Below are positions 1 to 10,800 of a stretch of 64,000 bases of DNA, in pieces (position 1 is the first letter of the stretch; each line of letters opens with the position of its first letter). The notes beneath the pieces were generated by a model. That model worked only from the letters and a program-made list of their open reading frames with translations, was not told the origin of the DNA and did no database searches. Both the position numbers and the translations under genes were made by a program. The DNA comes from Styela clava. Lineage: Eukaryota. The DNA is taken from the NCBI RefSeq assembly GCF_964204865.1, contig NC_135264.1, positions 10,974,001-11,038,000 of the forward strand, read 5' to 3'.

Positions 1-3000
1 TTCTTGATGTCATTGTTTAGCCATTTCACATCAATTAGAACACTGTAGAATGAATTATGTTAAAAGCTAACCAGTTAAAAACTACTTCTAAACATTTTCA
101 TGGCATATGAATTTATTATAAGGCAACATAAGGTAACTGAACTTGAATCACCTTTTCATCGTAGCCATAACGTAGTCCCCTCTTGGCTTTGGTTGCTGAA
201 TCGCGGACGTTTTAACTTTTGCTTCCAATACTCCCTGTATTTTTAATTGCAATCCGTAAATTTCTGAAGCGAGTTGCCAGTCAGGATCCAAGTCCACTAT
301 AGCTACAGGGGAGGTTTCTGCCAATAAAATGATGAATGATTAAGTATCGCGGAAGTAAAGCAGGCGACGCCGCCATGAGAAACGTCTTATTAAAACTTGT
401 AGGTTTCATCAATTTCATTATGTTGAAAATATCCATTTGAAATCGTATTATGTTCGCTTCAAAAGTACTGTGGCCGTTGTTTTGGCAACATAAGATTTTC
501 CTCTTGATACTGAATCTGATTTACCTTTTATTTCACTTCCAATGATGCTGTCATTGGTAGAATATTCACCATTTTCTCTAACCAGTGCTGTCACTTTAGC
601 GTCTATGTGAAATCTTCCACTTCCGTCTGGATTCCAATTTGTAGTTCCGGTCTCGTAACCGCCATCCTGTACAGAGAATAGCAAAAGCTTCAGCAATATA
701 TTTGCAGTTACCTGTACAAAATGTACCTTTGATACAAATACAACAGTATTTTCTGGAATATACATTTTTCCTGAAAAAAAAAAAACGTCGAGGTCTGAAC
801 TGAAAAGCACAAACATGAGATACACAATCATGCTTTAAATTTCACAACTGCCAATTCCACGTTTGATATGAAATTAACACCCGAAATCCCAAAATCAGAC
901 GTCTTTCGATTTTTTAAATATACTTAGTTTCCAAATATACGCTATTAAAATGTCAAGCATCACTACCTTTCTTGTCAAGATTTCTATATCTTCTTTTATA
1001 TTCGGAGCCGTGAATCTCTTGTTGACGTAATTACATCTTACATTATTTATGGTATTGACGTCAGCAGTAAATTGTCCGTAAAAATGCATTCGAGGAAATG
1101 AAAGATAACCTGGATATAACGTATGATAGTAAAGATTTCGTATGATATTTTATGCTATATTTTTAAACGTATAATAAACAATCATGCCTGTAGGAAGCGC
1201 GGTGTTGCACTGAAAACTGAGGTATTGAAATTCAAATGATGTGGATATGGATTTAATTAATCAATTGTTTATTGATCATTGTTAACTGTTAACCTACTTT
1301 TGGGCTCGGATAGAGTTTTGATCTGCATATAATACTAGCCCTAGGTATTCCCGTAGCTTACAAAAATAATATAAATATCTTTTACCGGTTCTGATAAAAA
1401 AAAATTGAAACTATGGTATCGTATATTAAGATTCAAATTACTACTTTTCAGTACGGCTTCCCTTGAAACATTGACGTGGCAACGCATTGTGTAATGTGTT
1501 ACGTGACTCCAATCACGAATTCTTGCACAACTATATATAGTCGTTTAGTTTCACTGTTTCACAGCAAGTGCTAAAGTAAATATGCGGGAACGTCCTTGGT
1601 AATTTTGGATTACTGAGATTTATAAAATGGGGCACATGTTGTATGTGGTTACCAGTGTGAAAAGAGATTACTTGGGCAAAACTTGATAAAGCATGGTCTT
1701 GTTTCATTGCTGCGGCACTCATCCATTCCACTAATGCAAATCCATCTTTGATATCCAGACCCACAAGAAGTACTGCATTGTGACCAGTATCCATAGAGTT
1801 TCTACAAAAAATAGGGTAATGAATTTAGTATATTTTTTCAAATTTACTAATAGCTTGTGAAGCAACATGAGTCAATGACGTTGTAGGGTAAAACGTATGA
1901 GAAGCTGACACAAATAAATGAGTTGCTCACGCACTATTTTATTGAACCCCGTCGCATTTTATATTTTTAATTTTATTAAAAGTTTTGCATTGCAACATTT
2001 GGCATGGCACTAGAAAGGAAGAATTAAAAGCAATCTAGTGTTATTTTCAAATTGCACCTCATCACTTTCAATAATCAAAAAAAAAAACGCCAATCTATCT
2101 CATTTGGCATGGGACTTGAAAGGAAGAATTGAAAGCAATCTAGTGCTATTTTTAAATCATATCTCATCACTTCTTTTAATCACAAAAGAACGCCAATCTA
2201 TCTCATTAGGGAAATAAGTAATAATGCAAATAATTCGCTCGCTAAATGCAACAAAATTTAATGATTACGTGCGTTTTTAAGCATATTGCATTATAATGAC
2301 TACATAAACAAATGAAAGAATCGTGACGTATTTGAGAAAAAGATGGAAATTTTTTGGGAAATGTGACGACATTATTACAATTTCCACTTTTCATCGATAG
2401 GTTACTTACTATGGTATTCAAAACATGGCGTGCCTGTTTCAATAGTAGTAGTGAGGTTTTGATTGATTGCGACGAAATAAAAGAGTGAAAAAGCTTTTGA
2501 TATTAACAATTTGATGATAATTGTGCTAAATGACCATTTATAAACGAAGTGAGGTATTCTCGGAATCATCATTCATTTCATTTGAGCAAAATTACTTTAA
2601 AATAAAAATGCAACGCAAACATTTTGCGAACAAATTTGGAAATTGAATCCTAAGAAATTCGAAACGAAATTGAAATTCCAATGTAAAAAAATTAAGGTCT
2701 TTTATCAATAGTTGGACGGGAATATAGTTTCATAACGGTAGGCTATTAACGACAATAAATAATCATATGATAAATCATTGTTCAAATTATTTTAACCATT
2801 ATGTATCACATTAACGAGCAAATAGACTTCCGGGAATAGAAATAACTTCCGGCCACGTTAGCTAAAAATAAAACACATCTAAATGAAAATATAATGTTTA
2901 GTCGTTTGGCTGAAAGTACGGAATAATCAGTAAATTCAACACCAAAAATAAAGGTTGAATTGTTTATACACTTGGTTTAATCTATCGATGGATATGAAAA

Positions 3001-5289
3001 ATTACTACGGCAAAATAAATCTAAATTTTATGACTTTGTTTCGTAGCATTTTTCTACAGTATGATTATGTTAATTATGATTGATAGTTAAGTATTTTGCG
3101 TGTCAGCCCGCGGTGATCAGTTTCACTATAGTGATGGGCACTTTTGATTTATGATTGATTTAAGTCACAATCTCACACCACCACACGACATAAGTAATGC
3201 TGCTGCACAAATTTGCAAAAAGCGCGAATTCGCGATGTGACAGATTTCCCCTATTCACAATTATCGTATGTGCCCCAATTATGAAATATAAATTAGTTTT
3301 AACTTATTGTTTCACTTATTTGTTTCTAACGAGTTTGACAATATGGTAGTCAATCGCGATTTACTTTGCAATTATCGTTATTGGGAAAAATCCACTTTAA
3401 CGTACTTATTGGCACAAAATCAACTAGAATTTGAAGAATGGTTCAAAATAAATAGTGACTTTGTGGTTGTTAAATTTCCTAGTGTATAACAATTTTTAAT
3501 TCTTCTATAATTACATATCGTAGGAGAAACGGGTAACGTTGTTTAGTGAGATGAAAACTGGTGGGTGTAAATTGCTATGCTCAACATATAGACACAAACC
3601 TTTTTCGCGTGTACCAGAGTTGAATCTCTATTATCCGGATGTTCGCCAAATTTATCTGAAAAATTAACGAAATCCCAATACAAAACATGTTCTTGAAGAT
3701 TTTTACGGAAATCATAAAATAGCCATCATTTTTACCTAATAGTGTAACTTTGGCTAAAAATCATGAACATTTTTCTGTGTTTTTACACTTTACCTATAAT
3801 GAAACTATGTACTAGCTACGATGATTTGCAATTACATCAAAATACTTGATGCTATATTACTCACTCGACTGCTAAAATTAAAATTTTGCAATAATTTTTT
3901 TCATTTTTGTAAAAATTTTTGAGATTTCAAATATATATTTCGACAATCGCTGTATGTATATGCAATGCAACATAGATGAGGCGGGTCGCCATTTTTTATT
4001 ATATCACCAAGGAAACGAACGCTACGCCCTTGTTAGCGCTTTTCAGTAACCAAAACCAGTTGTAATGGCTTTCAGTCAGAATGGCAAATCGAATGTACAT
4101 TTCCAAACAGTCAAATTCGTATTGCCTTCAAATACAATACGTCTAGATCAGGGATGCCAAACTTTTTCAGCTTGCGGCACACTAACAACAACATTGAAAA
4201 GTCGCGGCACACTTCTTACAAATCGGTTTTATTAAATCCCTTATTTGTAAATAATATTCGTTTCGGCAGTAAATGGGATTAAAACAAGATTTTTTGGGTC
4301 AATTGTAACAAGTCTTTATCGTTTTTATTTTTTTCTGTCAGCGCATAAAATTAATATTTGCAAAATCATGAAAATGTTATTGGAATTTTTTTTTTTTTGT
4401 ACTGTATATATTGTATTGCCTATGTTGTACTGATATACTGATAGAAAATTTGCATGGCAAAATTTGGGGTAAAATTAACTGGAAATATTTCATGTGAAAA
4501 ATTATAAAAATAATATCAATTCAAAAGTCTCTTCAATTTCTTAACTGCTGGCATTTTAAAAAAGATTATCTAGTTAAAATCTCGCGACTTTGTTTTGAGC
4601 GAACTTGCATTGCTGGGTTGGGGTCGAAAATGTATAATGCCTTATATATTAGAGAATTGTGGCATATTTTACATCACCCATCGATGGACAGAATAATAAA
4701 TCTTTTTACAGGGTGATACAATAAAACGATATTCATACAATATGTTCCAAATGGACTAGGATCCGATTTTTGGGTCAGCCTATATATGTGTGGTACCGAA
4801 CTACACCCATTACTGATTGCAATGTAATAAAGTTCATGTTACAGTGCTGATTATTGTGAAAAAATCTCGGGAATTTTGTGAAAATTTGCGACAAACTTTC
4901 AAGACCTTGGCGGCACGCTAGTGTGCCGTGGCACACAGTTTGGGAAACCCTGGCCTAGATGCTACCCACCCCGAGATAAATGTTTCTTTCGCTACTCCTC
5001 ACGTCAATCAAAATTAGACAAAAATAAAATTACGCAAAGGGTGTCATCTTTATGAAATATTCTTATTGTCCTGGTCTACATAGAAACCGTGTCAACAAAT
5101 TTTAAATTCTATTACACTTAATGTTTGTAATACACCAGTAAAACAAATTGTTTCTAAAAGCTGGAAAACTCTAGGATCAAAAAGTTGAATGTACTCACCT
5201 ATTTCATGACTTTCTAGCCATGAGTTGTTTTCAGTACAAAGAAATGTTGCAAAAATTACTACAACGTGCACTAAGTTTAAAATCTCCAT
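1..5289 (-). CDS. Partial multi-exon gene: signal peptide + thrombospondin type-1 repeat + VioB/RebD/StaD-like N-terminal domain (continues beyond the left edge)
   Basis: Phase-consistent GT-AG exons on the minus strand. Core exons: 1801-1672 (KLYGYWSQCSTSCGSGYQRWICISGMDECRSNETRPCFIKFCP, TSP1 WSxCSxSCG motif), 1109-967 (SYLSFPRMHFYGQFTADVNTINN...), 666-525 (...NWNPDGSGRFHIDAKVT...DSIIG), 317-152 (...IVDLDPDWQLASEIYGLQL...), 42-<1 (SVLIDVKW...). Less certain 5' exons: 5289-5199 (MEILNLVHVVVIFATFLC..., GTGAGT donor), 3655-3615 and an optional 24-nt exon 2433-2410. The family call rests on recalled motifs, not a search. Confidence 0.75.
1996..2205. repeat. Two-copy ~105-bp tandem duplication in an intron
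   Basis: catttggcatgg...aaaggaagaatt...gcaatctagtg...acgccaatctatct occurs at 1996 and again at 2101. Confidence 0.9.
4149..4952. mobile_element. Non-autonomous hAT-type element (MITE)
   Basis: Ends CAGGGATGCCAAAC / GTTTGGGAAACCCTG, subterminal gcggcac motifs, 8-bp TSD GTCTAGAT/GCCTAGAT. Confidence 0.85.
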
Positions 5290-6622
5290 GTATATTGCTT
5301 ACTAAAAATTATGATAAATATGCACTCAAAAAATGTTGTAAAATATAGAAACTCCTCGAAAGGATAAACCTTGGAAAATTATCAAGCAAAACCCTCCCAT
5401 CTCGATTAGGAAAAAACGAGAAATTCTTATTATGTTTCAATCGAAAATTTCGAATCAAATATGGACCTCAAAACTTCTCATGTTTCGATTCCGAGCAGTC
5501 TAAAATTACAACTTGACTTGGTTGTATAATCCAACCCCTATGATGTTGTCGTGCTTTTCGGTCAACATTGACAACTCCGAGTTGTTTTTTAATCCATTAT
5601 CTTCAACCAGGTATTTTGCTTTCCTCCATTGCCAGTATGTCGTGCAAAAATACCAACGCCCGTTTTATAAAGCAATTTTTTTTTCTCAATTGTATACGGC
5701 TTTCTGATCGTTTACTTTTGTGAAATGCGCACGTTATCACCAACGCTATCTGTCGATTCATAACCGATTAGGATAGGAAAAAACTGATATTTATGGCAGA
5801 ACTTGATATAAATCTTATTGTCCGCGGAAACAATGGAATAGTTATTAAAATATAAGAAAATGATACTGCGTCAGCCCTAGACCCTATATTATCCCGGGCA
5901 CAGGATCTCGCCCAAGGGCTTACTGACAATTATTTCGAATCACTGAATTGCTTTTGGCCTACGATCTATCACCCTTCGTAATTTTTACCGCTATCATTTA
6001 TTTCATTTTTAGCGTTCGTTCGCATTTCACACGAAACTATACAGCCATATATCAGACAATTTTATTCAAGATGAGTTTGTTTATTTTCCTTCTAAAACCA
6101 TTTAATTGGGTTATCGCGACTTATCAATCGAGAAACGGAAAAAATAAGAGAGATTGTCCTGGCAGTAATTTAGGATCCAACCTTACAAGATTTAGGATCT
6201 AATTAAAATTGTTGTTCTAGTTAGATGCTGAACTTATTGGTTATATCAGAGCACATATGGTGTACTAGGTTCAAATTCAATTTTACTCCTTTCTCCCAAT
6301 ACGAACTCATTCGTCTCCCCGTTCCCTTGTTGGATTCATTTCAAGCTAACTGAACGATTTACTTCGCGGTCGCGAAAGAACGATGTCCTGATTTCGTCGA
6401 TATTTTACTGAGTTCGTGTATCCTATTATATATTGGCATTATGCGTCTAGACCGAATGATGATGATTATCTCATCAAGACAAATAGATCGAACAGCAGGA
6501 AATTTCCAAGGTTTATCGAGTCCTAGCCAAGTGATTATCGCGAGGTAGTTTCGGTTAGTTTGTCATCGAAATTGTTTCTGGCTGACGGAACAACGCGACT
6601 ATAGCCAACGGAAGGAACATGA

Positions 6623-6679
6623 CCGGAAATTCTCAACTTGGCCGGAAATTCTCAACTTTGCCGGAAATTCTCAACTTGG
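6623..6679. repeat. 3 x 19-bp tandem repeat (ccggaaattctcaacttgg)
   Basis: Units at 6623, 6642 and 6661, directly next to the MITE at 6688. Confidence 0.9.
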
Positions 6680-6687
6680 CCTATAGT

Positions 6688-7265
6688 TATGCTTACCATA
6701 CGTCCCGCTTCAGGCGGGACAGTCCCGCTTTTTAGCGTCTTGTCCCGCCGTCCCGACAAGTCAGCCAAAAGTCCCGCTTTTGCGTTCCGCCATCCAGCAT
6801 AATACACGAACATGTTCTCGTTACTGTTGTTGCTGTGTAGGTCAACGCTAGCGTACTTACTGAAGGTGAATGCGTTATTTTGTTTGTTTCGTTGTTCCCC
6901 GCTAACATTGCTAGCGAACGTATCACATGTAAAATTAATTTTAATTGGTCCTGTTCGGACGTTCGCGTTAATGTAACATTGAACAACGTTTTTTTAAAGG
7001 TGCTATTTACAGAAAAGCATGCTTCGGCGAATAAGTAAATTCTCAATGCTTGAAAACGGCAGACTATTTCATGAACCTTCTTTTGCTGTACATAAAAAAT
7101 CTAAATTCGGATCAATTGTATCGTTAGCGTCTATTGCTTTATATTTTTCGAACTGAACTCGATATTTAGACAAAGAATATGCGCATGAACACTAGATGAC
7201 AATATGGCCGGTATGGCTTAAATGTAGGCCTATGTAGTAAAATCGGAAACTGTAAAGTTACAGAA
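6688..7265 (+). mobile_element. Truncated copy of the TAGG(G/C)TTACCATA-ended hAT-type MITE family
   Basis: Closely similar to 52736-53336 and to the reverse complement of 36438-37051. The right TIR is missing. Confidence 0.85.
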
Positions 7266-7859
7266 GGAACGTGCGAAAAAATTTGTCATGGAACGTGCGA
7301 AAAAATGTCTCGATGACTTCCTTATTACCGAATCGATAGATCACTGTCTTTAGTATTGTGTTGTAATGAGCTATATTTATTGTTTAATATATAGAAAAAA
7401 AGTAAAAAGGAAAAGTGAAAAAGGTTTTATTAATCAATAAAAATATTCATGGCTGAGTAACTTTGTTCATTCTTTTAAAACGTTGCTTTCGTATGGGGAT
7501 TCTACTATTCCAAACACTTGAACCGCAACTTGAAGTTAAACACGCTGTAACAAGTATACTTGATGCGTTTGGTCACCACATATATTTATTATGAATGATG
7601 TGCATAAGGATTCGACATTTGAAACAAGAAAAATGATAAAATTCCCGAAGAACTGACGCAATTAATTGAAAATGTTCTCGGTTAAGAATAACAATCATCC
7701 TCCATTGCTTTACGCAAAGAATTCATTAAAATCATTGGGTTTTATGCATGGAAGGAGTTATTGAATTAAAGTAACATTTTATACCATTGTTACGCTGAGG
7801 TTGCGAAGTCGCTCGCTGCAGCCTTTTTGACCATACATGAAGATAACTTATACACTTGC

Positions 7860-10800
7860 TTATTTTGAAAGCATTGACGTTGACGAGAAGGTTGGAACAC
7901 CAGTGCTGCCAGTATCACGCGCTGTAACAATATTTACCGACGAAGGCTTTCGTGTTATTCTTCGTCTTATAGAAGCTCTAACTTCTACGGTTTTATTAAA
8001 AAGAGCCGCTCGAGCAATAGAAAACCCACTCGAGTAAATGATTGGATTCAATGAACTATTTATGGGTAGCAGAAGAATCGCCGCCACAGCATACGCGTCC
8101 CCAGAGATATGCGCTCCAAGTTGGCTTGCGAGAGCCATAATGCAAATTGGAAGCCAGCAGCAGAGATCAGTTGCAATTAAAATCGTTATTTTTCTTTGCA
8201 TTGCTCGACTTCGATTTTCGTGTGTAGTTTCGCTGCCCACGACTTCATTGTGTGTGGACTTGTGGTAAATCTTACAGTATGCAATGATGATAAACATCAA
8301 GCTACAGAAATTTAGGCTTATTATGAACAAGGATAGTGCATGTAGAGGCAGCTCTCCTTTTATTCTAAATAGCCTAGGAATGCATACCCCGTCGGCACTG
8401 TAGAAGCCAAAGTATCCGAGCACTTCAGGAGCAACATCTGCATAGGTATTTTTCAGAATATCTTCAGCGCTCCCCCAAGTGTTAAAGTCGTTTGATGCGT
8501 GAGATGCACGGGCTCCGAGAACAACAATTCGTTGTGCAAATGTTTTGAAATCATCCCAAGATACGACTGTGTTTTCAAGGTACATCGACGGTCTTGTTAG
8601 TGCTGTAGTAACCGTGGTTTGATTAATCGATGGAATAATTGGGGTTAAGGCTAATATAATAGACAATGCCCATGTTGTAATTGCTGTCACGACAGCCCAT
8701 TTCGGTTTTGCATGTCTGCTTTGAAACGGTCGGTGAATTCCATAAAAACGATACACAGTCAAAGCTACGAGAGAAAACACGGATGTTTCACTGGACAAAA
8801 CAGTCATAACTCCAATTGCGTTACATAGTCCACTCATCCGCCATTTTTTGTCTTCCAAACAATATTCTCCAGACATTGAAACTGACTTCACTCCTATTAC
8901 AAGCAGTGTTACCCCCATGAGAAAGTCAGAAAATGCAAGATTCATAATTAATATCCTGTTGCAACGACTCATTGAACTTGATTGAGACTTGATTTCGGAG
9001 TAATAGGTTTCTATTATTACACCTATGTTACCAAGAATTGCTATACATGCCATGAACCAAATGAAATGCCGAAGAAATGGTAGTTTAATCATTTCCTCTG
9101 GGGAAGATAGTGGGTTTTCGTCGTTCCAATTATCTGGGCATTCGTCTGAATTGTCGTCACAGTCCTGTTTACCGTTCATTACTGATGAATATGGAATGTA
9201 AAGAGGGTTCCCGTCTTTACAATAGAAGTGAGTCAACTTACTGCAATTTCTTTCGTCTGACTGATCTAGGCAGTCTGGATGTAAATCGCACACTTTAGTG
9301 GGTTTGATGGCGATACGCTGAAACGAAGTACGTAAATGTAATTTAATATAACGCATTAAGAAAAGTAGCTATTAACAAATAACAACATAAGGATATTTAC
9401 GATGTATTCTATCACTCTTCAGATAAAGGTAAATGACAAACGATTGTGTATATAAGCCAAATTTATGTTAGCAAACAAATATCTATTTTATATTTAGGAA
9501 TGGTATATCACTGTTCAACTTGATGTAAAACAAAATCAGCAAAGTATACCAACCTGTCTTGTACCCAAAGGTGATTCTACAGTCCCGGCGTCGCACTTAA
9601 AATTTTCTGTGCAGTTTTGTTCATCCTCCCCGCCGTTACATTCTTGTATGCCATCGCATATGGATCGACCAAACACAAAGTTGGTGTAATCGTACCTATT
9701 TTCCGTAGTCGCATAATCGATGCATCTGCAAAAATAATTTCCATAGTTTTAATATTTTGGATAGATATATATATAAAATATACGAAACGAAGAGCTAACT
9801 TACGTCCGTACTTCCATTGCTACTTTTGCCCCGATGATTGATTCCCTTGGACTAATGTTTTTCAGTTGAAATGTTTCGCATTCTGGCATCTGACATTCTT
9901 CATTGCATTCATCCTCAAATCGTGGACAATCAAAAACGCCGTCACATCTTGTTGGTTAAAATTTTTAATGCTATCATATGTGAATACGATAACGATTGTT
10001 AAGGCAGAAACTTAGGGTAGGTGTGACAATGCCACTTTTACTTAGCGCTAGCGCAATAATATCCAAGTACAAGAGAGCGATGCTCAAATATATGGACACG
10101 AAGTGGTACCGGTCACACAATAGCCTACTGGTACCGTGTCGCAGCTGAGCAACAGATTTGAACTTACACGAAAGCGGGACCGCCACATGGAGGGGACTTT
10201 TAAATTTTGATGGCGTCTTCGCACACAAAAAACGAATCCCATAGGATAGGGCCTAGAGGTCACAAAATATTTGAGATAAATAAAAGTAATGGTCTTAATA
10301 ATTTTGAAGCAATTGGTCCAGTAGTTAATGAGAGAAGCGATTCTTTCGCAACAAGAAGAAGTCGAGAAATACGAGCATGATGAACAACAACAAAATAAGA
10401 AAACGATTCATAGGTTCATTTCGTGTCCAATAATTTAAGTAAAGCACTCAGATTCAATGAAGTATGATGAGATTGCTAGTAATTCAGAAAGAATTAGGAA
10501 AGCAAATATATATAAATTTTATTCATTATTGATTGCCATTGCCATCAACTTATAGAACTGTATTTCCTCGGGGAAGGATTTTATCTTTCAGATGATACGA
10601 TATATATACCCATAATCTACTTACTTTGTACCGTCTGTTGCATATATATTTTCGTATATTTCCATTAGGTTGAAAGCTTTCAATACATTTAATATGGCGT
10701 CGCTGATTTTCCAACATTTAAAATCGGTCGTATTTGATTTTAAACCGACTTCTGCTTCTGGTTGAACGCATAATTTTTCATCAAGAGCAGAAATTGTACA

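Noticed and set aside
1-1109. Bacterial contamination as the source of the VioB-like sequence
   Set aside because: It is split by spliceosomal GT-AG introns, joined in frame to a TSP1 exon, and has the same base composition as the rest of the window.
1531-1794. ORF-track protein MDTGHNAVLL...
   Set aside because: Wrong frame. The overlapping frame encodes the TSP1 repeat and fits the splice phases.
7837-8268. Short ORFs antisense to or overlapping GPCR exons (here and in copies B, C, D)
   Set aside because: Shadow ORFs of real coding exons. They recur only because the genes are duplicated.
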